This document shows, in pieces, positions 26,262 to 39,065 of a DNA stretch of 64,000 nt; position 1 is the first letter of the stretch, and every line of letters starts with the position of its first letter. A program made the position numbers and the translations under genes. The stretch lies in the NCBI GenBank assembly GCA_964016885.1, contig OZ024740.1, positions 337,838,001 to 337,902,000 on the forward strand, in the 5' to 3' direction. This DNA comes from Eledone cirrhosa. Taxonomy: Eukaryota. Below the pieces are notes generated by a model. It had not been told where the DNA came from, ran no database searches, and saw nothing but the letters and a program-made list of their open reading frames with translations.

Positions 26262-26897
26262 TGTTTCTACTTTTGGCACAAGGCCAGCAATTAGCCCAGT
26301 ACATTACTGGTACTTTATTTTATTGACCCTCGTAAGGATGAAAGGCAAAGTTAACCTCGGCAGGATTTGAACTCAGAATGTAAAGGGCCATAACTCTATG
26401 CTGTAAAGCATGGTGTCTGACGCTCTACCGATACTGCCAATTCACCACCCTTGCATGTGAAATAATAATGGTTTCTTATATAGGCACAAGGCCAGTAATA
26501 TTGGGGGAGGGAAGTCGATTAAATCGACTCCAGTTTGTTACTGGTATTTTATTTTATCAACCCCATAAGAATGAAAGGCAAAGCTAACCTCGGTGGGATT
26601 CGAACTCAGAATGTAAAGGGCCGTAACTCTATGCCACGAAGCATGGTGTCCAACACTTTAACAATACTGCCAATCCACGTGGATTCTAATTCAGGCACAC
26701 GGACAGCAGTTTTGTGGAGAGAGGAAAGTCAATTGAACTGACCCCAGTACTTGAAGGGTACTTTAATTTATTGATTCCAGAAGGATGAAGGCAAAAGTTG
26801 ATCTTGGTGGGATATAAACTCAGAACCTAAAGAACTAGAACAAACACCACACAGAATGTTGTCTAACAATCTAACAATCCTGACAATCCCTCACCCT
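26262..26897 (-). mobile_element. Three head-to-tail SINE family 1 copies of different ages
   Basis: Copies at ~26262-26452 (TSD TGCATGTGAAATAATAAT), ~26470-26680 and ~26685-26897. Confidence 0.85.
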
Positions 26898-27517
26898 TGT
26901 GTGATGTACATGTGTGTGTGTATGTACATGTGTGTGCATGTGTATCACCGTGTGTGTATCTGTGTGTGTGTGTGTGTGTGCATCTGTATGTGTGGGACTG
27001 AGGGCTCTTATGTAATTAAACAATGTTGAATGTAGTGTACTACACACAGCAGATACTTATCTCAACTAAATAGAAATATCTTCTACATAATGGAAATATT
27101 TTTTTGACCTATCTCCCCTTCTTTCTTTCTGTATTGCAATTAATTGTGGTATTTCTACATCAATTTCACTTAGTTGTGCTTTCTGCCAACACTAGCCTAC
27201 AGTGTACAGTAACATTTAGCTTTTGACTGCCTTGATAACCATTTGAAATGCTTGAATTGTTTACAAACGAAGAACTCAGTCAAATGGTGCTGACATTATC
27301 ATTGGTTCTTCATTAACCTTTAAATGATTAAAAAGCAGAAAAAAAATAACAAAAACAAAAAGAAACAACAACAACAACAAGCATAATTATTAATCTGTCT
27401 CTTTAAAATGTAACATTTTCCAAATTGCATAATTACACAGAGGTGAAGAAGGGGTAGATACTTACATGCATATATATATATATATGCATACACATATAAG
27501 TAGCTACATGTATGTAT

Positions 27518-28120
27518 GTCGGGTCACTCTTGAGTGCTAACATGTAACCCAGTACAACTTGTCACATGGTCGGGTCGTCGGCGACTAAACTGGCAACCCC
27601 ACCAAGTTTACTTGGTGAGGAGGGTGATTTTGGACACCCTACAGTACAACAAACAAAACCTGACAAAGGGCAGAATAACTCATAAGAGTCAATGGCCATC
27701 CAAAAGTGTGTAAATATGTATATACACATGTACATATGTATGTATATGTGTATATAAATGGGTGTATGTATATGCGCGGGGACATAGAAATAGTCGGGTT
27801 GGACACCTGATCGCGCGGTTAAACCACTGGGAGTGAAGGACTCCTAGCCTTTGTCAGGGCATTCTTATAGGAGAAGGCAACTCAGGAAACTGGCATAACT
27901 CCGATATAAAACCTGCAGCTCAGTAGTTACCGATGATGTTGATCTTTTCTTCTTTTCGGGTTATAGCTAGTCGCTCAGAGAGTGGGATTGGCTCAGTGCA
28001 CAGTTTTTCCTCACTTTAAAAAATATCTTCACGTACAGGCATTGCACGATAGAATTAATTAATAATTATTAATAATGGTGTATCGTGCAATGGCCATACT
28101 CGATAACGAGGGGGCAGCCA
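27518..28120 (+). mobile_element. Two GC-richer structured repeats (27518-27705, 27774-28120), probably non-autonomous RTE-5'UTR-derived elements
   Basis: Hairpin-rich islands inside (TG/TA)n. The second has a CAGGGCATTCTTATAGGAGAAGGCAACTC motif resembling RTE 5'UTR boxes (recalled, not verified). Confidence 0.4.
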
Positions 28121-28624
28121 TCATGTATGTATGTATGTTTGTATGTAAGCATGTATATATGTATATATATATGTGTGTGTGTACATATATGTACATATAT
28201 GTACATATATACATGTATGTGTGTAAATATGTATATGTAAGATGATTATTATTATCTCCATGATACTAAGTTGACTAGCAATCATGTGTTTCTTCAGATG
28301 ACATTTCATTAAACACAGTGCTAAAATTAAACTTTTGCAATTTCAAAGATAATGTTCAGTGTTATGAAGTGAGTTGAGTCTGAACTCACTGTAACAAGTC
28401 ACTGGTTAGAATTTATTTTTTCAGTGAGTTATGTATTGTTTACTTTCATTCAATATATCAAAATGGCTCAGACATGGCAGCAATTTAAGATGTTTGCTTC
28501 ACAACCATGTCATCTTGGGTTCTATCTCACGGTATGGGAATCATCATCATCATCATCTCATCATCATCCTTTAACGTCCATCTTCCACGCTTGCATGGGT
28601 TTGGAATATATATATATATATGAT

Positions 28625-28961
28625 GGAGGCACATGGCTTAGTGGTTAGAGCATTGGCCTTGCAATCGAAAGGTTGTAAGTGCAATTCTCAGACCAGGTGA
28701 TGTGTTGTTTCCTTGAGCAAGACACTTTATTTCACATTGCTCCAGTTTACTCAGCTGTAGAGATGAGATGATAGGGACTGGGGTCCATATCATTCCACTG
28801 CAAAGTGGTCGTGGAGGTGCCACGGCAAAAAACCACCCAGCACTCACTGTAAATGAGGTTGGTGTTAGGAAGGGCATCCAGCTGTAGAAATCAAGCCAGA
28901 ATCGGTTCCCGTCCCACCCTTGCAAGCAGGGAAAAAGTGGACATAAAATGATGATGATGAT
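28625..28961 (+). mobile_element. SINE family 2: tRNA head + CORE-like domain + composite RTE tail
   Basis: A box TGGCTTAGTGG, B-box region, CORE-like TCCTTGAGCAAGACACTTTATTTCAC, RTE 3'UTR modules and (ATG)n tail. Near-identical copies at 52913-53261 and 54705-55045. Confidence 0.9.
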
Positions 28962-28974
28962 ATATATACAACAG

Positions 28975-29345
28975 TCGATTGGCAAGATCCCAGACCTCAT
29001 TCACTCAACAAATGGGGTGGAGCTCGTCAAATTGGACCGAGGAAACAATGTTTCCATTAGTCTTTCCAATTGCTATTACTATCCACCAGTCACAAATCCC
29101 GACAGAATATATATTCACTCTAAATGATTCAATACTCCATATCTGTCTTCCCCACTCACAAATTGACTATTCATTTTCTATATCGTTCACACTCAATGGT
29201 TAAGCATTGAATATCCAGGTCTTTCACACCTTTCTATTTAGCTGTCCTCCACACCCACTTTGTCATCTATCATCATGCAGTTGTGACATTCTTTCCCTCA
29301 TACCTGAAGGCAGATTTACGATTAAATAATTGACTACTGAAACAC
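28975..29345 (-). mobile_element. Very old CR1-group remnant
   Basis: Weak decayed similarity to the CR1 'CKVMH...EKDLG' and terminal 'F..RV...WN.L' regions. Confidence 0.35.
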
Positions 29346-31191
29346 TATGTGCTCATTCTAGTATAAATTCTTTCACCTATTTACACTACCCTCTCGGGAT
29401 GTAACAACAATTCTCAAGAAGATCTCCTTGCTTAAGCCTTTGTCATTGAGGCAATTGAACAACTTTACTACATTTTGCAATTTCTATCATTGTAACTGAC
29501 TTTGTCATTACTTGTATTGAACAGCCTTTAGAATTTGTGTATGTCTTCAAAATGCTCCCTTGATAAATTCTAAGAAATTCATACCTTACATGAGATTGTA
29601 TTTCAGCTAAATTTGGCTCCAATGGTATTTCAAACTGTTGAGCTGCTTGTATTTCTGTAAGAATTTAATCTCCTTAAACATGTTCCTTTGTAATGTGCTG
29701 TTGTAATAATTAGCAACTTTATATACTCTCTGAATATATATTAGATATCCCCCTGCTTATTTTACTTACAAAATCAACCATATTAATATGCCATGTGTGA
29801 TTGTATATTTATTTATATCTATATATCTGCTCGTAACTCTTTACAATTTATATACACATTCACACAATATAATTTGTATCTCATTCATATTGATGCAATA
29901 AGAAATTTACTTTCCAGTCACCAGGTCCTTGGTTCTAACCATACATTTATTCCTGTAAATAGTTATTTTTCCAAAGTTCCGCATACATTTAACCCTCAAT
30001 AATACTATTACTCTATTGTGTGTTCCAGCTGACATTTTTACATACTATTCAACATTTATGTAATTATATCCTAAAAATAAATGTTTGAAATATCATTTGT
30101 GAGTTTTATATCGAATTATAATATTTGATTCGTTTGCAAGCAAACGCAAACAGCCTCATTATGCTATGTTTTTTAGATGACCATTGCCAAACCTTTGTTC
30201 TAGCGATGACAGAGAGAGACAATTGATACTAATATTGTTTCTGGGTTATTGCCCTTTGTCAAGATTGTGTATCACTCTTCTGTCACTCATTAGAACTCTT
30301 GAGAATATATAGTATTATTATTATTATTCAATTTCAAATCTCGCCGAGGTTAACTTTGCCTTTCATTCTTACGGGGTCGATACAATATAGTACTGTAATA
30401 ATGCACTGTTTAATTGCTGGCCTTGTGCCATATGTAGAAACAATTATTATTATTCGATTTGAAACTCACTAATGCATTAATGTACCCAATATGTTCGAGC
30501 AAAAAACCACTTCCATGTGTCAGTAATCAACCAAAACTATATGGTTTCTCTTGTGCAAACCATTAGTTTATTGAAACGCAAATTTCTCAGTTTCTATGAT
30601 TGTTTATATATCCAGTAATCCTGGTATATATGACATACCAATCCTGGACTCAAAAAATTAAATACCCTCCATGTTAATATTGTCATCCTTATTGAAAGCA
30701 TGTGTTAATATTTGATGGGTAGTTGTAAGCTTGTTTATATTAAATAGTTTAATTAATTCAGTTGTCTATACAGCTGGTATCTTCAGATAGCTCAGTCTAT
30801 TATTATATATATTAACTATGCATAGATAGCAGTAACTGTAATCAATCAATCAATCTCTCTCTTCACACACCCACTTACTATAGTATCAAATAGAATTCCC
30901 TATGGTGTTCAATCTGACTATCTGCAATCCATTCAAATCCTGTTGAGTTTAACTTTACTTTTCTTCCTTTTGAAATAAGTGGCTGTAAAGCAAACTCCTT
31001 AACAATTTATACAGAGTATGTTTGAGAAACCTTTGTGCACTCTTATAATTGAACTTTATAATTTGGAAGAATATTAAAGAATATCACTTTCAATGTCTTA
31101 TAAGTTCCATCTCACTCTATCCCATATTTTGCATTCTAACAAAAATATAACTGTGCAGTGACTGTTCAAAAACCCAGTACAATACATGCAT

Positions 31192-31192
<1 letters not shown>

Positions 31193-31226
<34 letters not shown>

Positions 31227-31806
31227 TTTACGTCCGCTTTTCCCTGCTTGCAAGGGCGGGACGGGTCTTATTCAGCACAGCATCTCTCCACTCGTCATGG
31301 TCCCTCGTCATCTCCACCGTGAGCTTCAATGATCTGAGGTCTGTTCTCACCACCTCCGCCCATGTTTTTCGTGGTCTACCTCTACCACGTCTTCCTTCAA
31401 CTGGCAATTCCTGGCACTTCTTCACCCATCGGTCATCCTCCATGCGCATCACATGTCCATACCACCTCAGTCTCCTCTCTCACACACTACATTCTATCCC
31501 TCTCAGACACAGTTTCTCTCTCAACACATTTATGCTGGGTCGTTCACGCACATTTACACTGCACATCCAACGGAGCATGCTTGCCTCATTTCTCTCCAGC
31601 CGTCGCATATCCTCTGCAGTTGCTGCCCATGTCTCACTACCATGCAGCATCGCGTTCCTCACACAGGCATCATACAACCGGCCTTTCGTACGCAGGGAGA
31701 AACCCTTCTTCGTCAACAGAGGAAGCAGCTCCCTAAACTTCTTCCAACCCGTCCTTATTCTAGATACTATGGCCTCGGAACACCCTCCTCCCATGCTAAT
31801 CTGATC
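31193..31806 (-). mobile_element. RTE family C, 5'-truncated; ORF runs directly into the (ATG)n tail
   Basis: DQISMGGGCSEAIVSRIRTGWKKFRELLPLL...MLHGSETWA...GRGRPRKTW...KTRPALASREKRT*. Confidence 0.92.
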
Positions 31807-32544
31807 TATATATATACTCACAGGACTATAGTATAGTCCATAAGTTATCATTCAGTAGCACATTACATTAATGACTCATTGTAATAATGCTTTTTGAATC
31901 AATAGCAAACAAACACTTCAATTCATCATTTACATGAATCTGATATAAATATATGTTGGTATACTCATTAAATAATGACTAGTTCTACTGATAGGATATG
32001 AGAATTTGTAATGTTCAAAGGTATTAGGAACATAAGTGGAAAATGAAACATCATCTTCCTAGTACAGGTATCTTCTACTCATAAGCACTCCACCAGCACA
32101 TATAATCATTTATTCACATTAAAATGTCTATACCAGTGTATTCATTATTACTGGTTTAAGCCACATGTTTAAATGAAATTATATGGAGTCAGCTTGATTG
32201 AGTTGAGTACATACACATATATACAGCAGGTCAGAACACAAAAGAACCAAACTCCCACTGTCACTGCCTCTATCTCTCTTGCTCTCCCATCTCTCACTAT
32301 TGTGAACCAATGGGAGACCATGTGCTGGCTGCCCCATGGCCCTGATGGACAGAATAGAGAAGGCGTTTCCCCGAGGGATGGTGAGGGATATGTGCTGGAA
32401 GATCCATTCCAGCTCGTGAGGCTCACACCTGTGGGTAGCCAATGATATATCAATGTTTTTGATATGAAATCGTGTGTTGAAAATATACTGAAGCCAAAAC
32501 CAACCCAAACCAAAAAGTGAGTGTGCTTTACTATATTTTTATGG

Positions 32545-32725
32545 TACAGTATCATTAGAGGTTCTGACACCATGCTTTGCAGCAAAGAATTACGGCTCTT
32601 TAGGGTCTGAGTTCAAATCCCGTTGAGGTTAACTTTGCCTTTCATCCTTATGGGGGTCAATAAAATAAAGTACCAGTAATACACTGTGATAATTGCTGGT
32701 CTTGTGCCAAAAGTAGAAACAATAT
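32545..32725 (+). mobile_element. SINE family 1
   Basis: Family consensus; a 5'-truncated copy also lies at ~30333-30447. Confidence 0.85.
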
Positions 32726-33099
32726 TAGAACAACATGACCCTCCCCAAATATACCAATGTTAGTTATTTCCTCAAAAACTTCTTATTGGCTTGGAAAGCC
32801 AGTGAAATTGTTATCATAATGTAGTAAACAGTTGCCAAATAGCTCTCATGTTGCTTTTTGTTAGTTCTTCGCATAATTCATAAATAGTTTTAATAGCATC
32901 ATACTTTCATTACCATATTTCTAGCAAAAATATATTGCCTTAATATTTTAATTATCAAAGAAGTCAATAATTATGAGAGGCTTTAGTGAAATCACAAACT
33001 TTCAGTCAATAATACAACAAATATTTAACTAGTGAAATTCAATTTTATCTACCATGCAATAATGAGATTTCAGTTCAAAGTCTGAATTTAAATAATCTT

Positions 33100-34015
33100 C
33101 TTCGGCCGAGTTTACACTTGCAAAGATTCAGCAAACTCTCTCTCCAATCGTCCTGGTCGAGCATGACATTTCTCAGTTCATCGATGTTATCAATGTTGGC
33201 ATCTCTCAACAGGGTATCAATGAATGAGATGGCCTGTCTACTCATGCATCTTCGTCCGACTGTCGGTTTCCAGAGCACAAGTTGTGATGCTATCTCTTCT
33301 GGATGATGGATGCAGTGCCCAGCCAGTTTCATTTGTCTGCAGACAACTTTTTTTGAGACTGGTGGTAGTGATCTGTATAGTTCCTTATTTGTCAGCTTCT
33401 GTTTCCAAGAAATGTTGAGAGCCATTCTCAACATCCTTGTGCAACATCCGTCAAGTCTCTTGCATAGCACTTTGTCAATAGTCCACATTTCACTACCGTA
33501 AAGCAGGACAGACTCAACAGTTGCTAGGAAGAGGCGCTCCTTGATTTTGCGGTTTAGGTCGGACTTCCACACCTTCAGTAGCTTGTGGCATGCCGACTAT
33601 GCTAACGCTTTTCTAACTTCAAAGTCCTTGCATGAGCTGTGTATCTATGCACCAAGATACCTAAAGTTCTCAACTGTTTTGATTGTTGTACCGTCCTTAG
33701 CAAGAACTGGAGCTGGATCAACCTGATTGTAGTGCATGATTTTGGTCTTCTTTGCATTGAGATTCAGTTCTATTTTGCCTGATTCAACCTCGACACGTGT
33801 AAGCAGTGAAAAAGCTTGGCTGATTTCCTCTGTGATCAAGGCAATGTCATTGGCGAAATCTGTGTCAGTGACAACTTTTGGATGGTTACGACAACTTCTC
33901 CTATGATCCAGTTTGAAACCCACTCTTCTTCCTTCCCATGAATGGCCTGTCTCATTGCATAATCAAGGACAATTGCAAATAGGAAGGATGCAAGCATGTC
34001 GCCTTGGAGAACACC
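33100..34015 (-). mobile_element. RTE-clade LINE family D (FADD type) pseudogene
   Basis: GVLQGDMLASFLFAIVLDY, TDTDFANDIAL, VENFRYLGA, ESVLLYGSEMWT and LAGHCIHHPE. No PHD insert. Confidence 0.88.
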
Positions 34016-34756
34016 TAATCAGAATTTAAATCTGAACATTTTCATAGAGCTGGTTTTTGCTGGGTTGGTATTTAAAGGATTATTGTGACTAACATTCTCC
34101 TCTCCCTCCACAAAATTTTTTTTCCTAGGAACTACAATTACCTGAGTAAAGAATCTTCTTAATAAGTAAACATGGAAATAACAATTACATCTTGATCAAT
34201 ATGTTGCAAAGGAGATGTCATATTTGGCAGAAATATCCTGACTTCCAAATTTTCAAAAAAGATCATTAATGGGAGTAGGATGTCTATAGGTATTGCTCCT
34301 TTTATGATTGTGCAAAATAGATAAAAAAAAAAATAAAAAAAATAAAAAAAAAATAAAAAAAAATAAAAACAATAAATTTAAAAAAAAAAAAAAAAAAGAG
34401 TTTAAATCCAATCTTGAAAAGGGGATTTGGTCACCTATATTTTCTTTTTTAGAACATCAAAGTACTAGTAGAGATTGTGCTGGTAGTTTTTAAGAGGCCT
34501 AGGATTCTGAGTATAAATGCAATCTTTTGACTCAATCTTCTTCTTATATATGAGACTGCTCTGGTCTCAGGTTGTTGTCATTTGCTTGATCAGAGATCAG
34601 TGATTAATTTCCACCATGTGAAGGTCAACAATTTGTGCCCCTTTTGACTCAGTAAATCCAAGCTGCAATTTTTCTTTCATTGATAAACAGGTTTTGAAGA
34701 CATTTTGTTCTAGAATAACCAGGTTAATAGGTAATTGTTCTAGAATAACCAGGTTA

Positions 34757-36562
34757 CCCAGGTAATACTAGAAGGTGTCATACCAAAAGATTGGTGCAGT
34801 AGCATCATTGTCAACTGCTACAAAGGTAAAGGTAATGCACTAGATAGAGGAAACTATAGAGGAATAAAGCTGATGGACCAGGTCATGAAAGTAACAGAAA
34901 GAGCTATAGCACAGTTGATTAGGGACCGGGTGAAACTAGATGAGATGCAATTTGGGTTTGTACCAGGAAGTGGCACCACTGATGCCTTCTTCCTTGTGAG
35001 GCAGTTACAGGAAAAGTACCTAGCTAAAAGTAAGCCACTCTACCTGGCATTCGTCGATCTCGAGAAAGCTTTTGACAGAGTTCCACGTACTATAATCTGG
35101 TGGGCTCTTAGAAAACTAGGAGTAGATGAATGGCTTGTGAAAGCTGTACAAGCCATGTATAGGGGAGCAGTCAGCAAAGTTAGGATTAGCAATGAGTATA
35201 GTGAGGAATTTAGCGTACAGGTTGGTGTCCACAAGGGCTCTGTTCTTAGCCCTCTCCTGTTCATCATAGTCCTGCAGGCAATAACAGAGGAGTTTAAGAC
35301 CGGATGCCCATGGGAACTCCTGTATGCAGATGACCTTGCACTTTTAGCTGAATCTATGGTAGAACTAGAGAAGAAATTCCAAACTTGGAAGCAGGGACTT
35401 TTGTCAACCTGACAAAACTAAGGTCCTTGTAAGTAGACTAGAAAACAGAACCCAGATCCCCTCAGGGAAATGGCCTTGCTCAGTATGTAGGAAAGGTGTA
35501 GGTAGGAACTCCATTCTCTGACCCAAATGCAAACAATGGGTACACAAGAGATGTAGCAGGATCTCAGGAAGCTTAATTAAGAATGTAGGCTTCACATGTA
35601 GCAGCTGTGCTGGGACAGCAAGCAGCAAACAACAGCCACAGGAAACAAGTACCACCAATCTCTGAGAGGGCTCTATAGAAACAGTAGACAGCTTCTGCTA
35701 CCTAGGTGACCGAAATAGCAACAGAGGTGGGTGTTCAGAAAGTTCAATAAGAACGGGATAGAAGAAGTTCAGGGAACTACTGCCACTGCTAGCTGCAAAA
35801 GGCTTTTCCCTCAAAATGAAAGGCAGACTGTATGATGCGTTTATCCAAACAACAATGTTACATGGTAGTGAGACCTGGGCGCTGAAGGTAGAAAACTTAC
35901 GTAGATTAGAAAGAAACGAAGCCTGCATGCTCTGATGGATGTGTAATAGTAATATACGCGAACAGAAAAGCATAAATGAATTGAGAGGGAGACTGAGCAT
36001 AAGAGGAATCAAATGCTGTGTGCAGGAGAGGTGGTTGCATTGGTATGGACATGTGATGCGTATGAAGGATGACAGCTGCATAAAAAGGTGCAGAGCACTA
36101 GAGGTCAATGGAAACCGCGGAGTGGGGAGACCCAAGAAGACCTGGGATGAGGTGATAAGAGTCGACCTTACCCAATTAGACCTCTCAAAGGCGATGACAC
36201 ACGACCGTGACCTCTGGCGTCACGCAGTAATACAGAGTACCCGACCGCCCATGGATACAAGCTGAAGCATATAGACAATATGCCCCCACACCCTCCCACT
36301 GCAAAGTGGTCGTGGAGGTGCCACGGCAAAAAAGCACCCAGCCCACACTGTAAAGTGGACGTGTAGGCGCCATGGAAAAAAGCACCCAGCACTCACTGTA
36401 AATGAGGTTGGTGTTAGGAAGGTCATCCAGCTGTAGAAATCAAGCCAAAATCAGTCCTGTATGAGCAAGGCATGGTCAGCCGACCAGATCTGCCCACAAC
36501 AGGACAACCCGTCTAACCCATGCTAGCATGGAAGAATGGACATAAAACGGTGATGATGATGA
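34757..36562 (+). mobile_element. RTE family B, 5'-truncated RT pseudogene with PHD insert and modular 3'UTR
   Basis: FVDLEKAFDRV, ELLYADDLAL; KWPCSVC...KCKQWVHKRC...FTCSSC at ~35470-35610; GRPKKTW; (GAT)n tail; several stops and frameshifts. Confidence 0.93.
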
Positions 36563-37792
36563 ATACACCTGTTTCCTAATGAAGGCAGCAGTGGTGGTAC
36601 TGACCCCATGGTGAACCAGAAGCCTACAACTCACTGACATATATTCTTGCACCCTAAAAAATACTCAGGCAGGCTGGTTGCTCACAATTCGCTTACATAC
36701 AATCCTATGCTCTACCGAGTCAATTTTTTGTGGCATCAGCACTAGGGAGATTGTCATTTCTTTGACACAACTGAAGTGTTCACCTCCACCCTTATTAGGC
36801 AGGTTTTTTATGACCAAACACTTTACAGAGTGTACTGGGTATGTTTATGATATAAATCCTCAAGGGAGGTTGTCATCTATTTGACTCAGCTGAAGAGTCC
36901 TCTCAAACACCTTTTATTTGGCAGGTTATCTGTGGCTGGTTATAAGTTTGAATTTTATTTAGCTAAATTGTGAGTAGGATTCATCCATTTAACAATAATG
37001 TTTTGCATCGAGAATGAATTATTTTTGTTACTTTATGTAGCATCTTTGAATTATAGTGTTTCACAATAATCCAATGTTTAAAAATGTATTCAGTAAACAC
37101 ATACATATATGCCCATACACACACACACACAAACATATATATACATATGCACATACATGTTCTCATATTATATGTACATGTCAGCATGATTATATATGTT
37201 CCTGCATGTGCATAGGTGAGAGTTTATGTATGGCAAACATTATCTTTTAAACATGTGTTATTGAAAATACGACTGTGTACTCATTTTAAGTTTTGGTTAA
37301 GAAATTTTATATTTCATTTTTATAGTTCGTCATGTTCCATGTTTGGAAATGATAAATTTCCTGAGACCATAAACATAACTAGACTTTTTCAAAATGAAAC
37401 ATTTGTTGTGAAGCTCATTGAATTTATTGTTTAATTTTGTTTAAAGTGAAAATCTGGGTTTTAGTTCCTGCTATCAGTTTGTGACAAGAATGTCTATAAC
37501 CCATTCTTTATGTTGGTGCTTTTCTATGTATACACTCTCCCCTTTCTCTTTCTCTGTCTGCCTACCTGCCTGCTTTCTCTCTCTCTTTATATATATATAT
37601 ATATATAAAAAACATGAGAAGAATGAATGCTGCGTGGTTGCACATGGGTTACATATGATAAAAATAGTCCTTCATCAATGATTTTCCAACCTTCATTGGT
37701 ATTATATATATATATATATATATTATAATAATAAATACAAATAAAACATCCAGAAAGAAGTCGTTATTATATATATATATATATATATATAT

Positions 37793-38420
37793 CGAGAGAA
37801 GGCTACGTTGGTATGGACACGTGATGCGCATGAAAGTCGATAGCTGTATAACAAAGTGCAGGGCAATAAAGATAGACGGTAGTCACGGAATAGGCAGACC
37901 TAGGAAAACCTGGGACGAGCTGATAAACTCCGACATCACACACTTACACCTCTCCAAGACAATGTCACTGGACCGAGACCTTTGGCGGTACTCAGTAACA
38001 GAGAAGACCCGCCTTACCTAAATATATAGTAAAACCTACTCCAGCCAGTAGGCATCTCTAACAAAATACACCCCGTCCCACCACCCCCGCCCCCACCCCA
38101 TCCACACCACCCCGTTCTATGTAAAGTTATGTTGGTGCCGCGCCATCGAGGCCGAAACAAATGAGATCGTGTAGGTGTCACGACAAAAAAACACACAGTC
38201 CACGCTGTAATGTGGCCGTGTAGGCAACACGGTAAAAACCTCCCAGACCCACACTGTAAATGTGGTTGGTGTTAGGAAGGGCATCCAACTGTAGAAAACC
38301 TGCCAGACAGTCCTATGCGAGCAAGACAATCACTCTTGCCTCAAGTGGGACTACCCCCGTCCAAACCCATGCAAGCGTGGAACACGGACGTTAAACGTTG
38401 ATGATGATGATGATGATGAT
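37793..38420 (+). mobile_element. RTE family A, short 5'-truncated copy
   Basis: Near-identical to 45864-46465; (GAT)n tail; inserted in (TA)n. Confidence 0.95.
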
Positions 38421-38961
38421 ATATATATATAGTAATAAGAATATTTATATTTATATATGTTTAATACAACTATAAATATGGAGGGTAGTACTAAGTACTA
38501 GCCAGTTACCGGTATGACACAAGGCTCAATGCAAATTTTCAAGCGTTTTACAGAGCCGAGATACAAAGTGTTAAAACGATCAAATTTTAGTTTAGAACAT
38601 TTATTTGCTGACAATTGTTTCTTCCAGGGGGAAGTCTGGAATCATCGGAGCAGAGGGAATGTCGAAACATGTGACTAAAATCCTAGTCATTCAGAACATT
38701 TAGGGTACAAAATTGTTGTTAGTGTCATAGACATCATGTGTAGAGTCAGGAGTTAACAAGGTGTTATGCTTGATAGAACACAATTACAGGCAGCACTGGT
38801 TGAGAGTGTAAGAGGTATAAGCAAAAAAGTACAGGCAAAAAAGTTATAAGCAAGGAAAAATGTGGGATAGGATAGACATAAGATATAAGATTGGAGAAAA
38901 TTAATGTTATGGGTGTACAATGCAGGAGTCAATACAGTCAATAAGGCATGTATGAGCAAAT

Positions 38962-39065
38962 AGTTATAATAAAGTAGAAATAAACGTATTTTGTGTAGGG
39001 TGTTAAAGCATGTTATAAGTTTAACACCCTACACAAAATATGTTTATTTCAACTGCATTATAACT
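38962..39065. repeat. Inverted repeat, 46-bp arms, 12-nt spacer
   Basis: 38962-39007 vs 39020-39065, 4 mismatches. Confidence 0.9.

Noticed and set aside
28625-28695. tRNA gene calls for SINE heads
   Set aside because: No complete acceptor stem, and each continues into SINE body and tail sequence.
29584-29654. Minus-strand exon-like segment (IQAAQQFEIPLEPNLAEIQSHV); similar candidates at ~9181-9255, 48804-48837, 58771-58830 and 60713-60748
   Set aside because: Splice-like signals are present, but phases or peptides do not fit the two supported exons; cannot be supported without RNA-seq.
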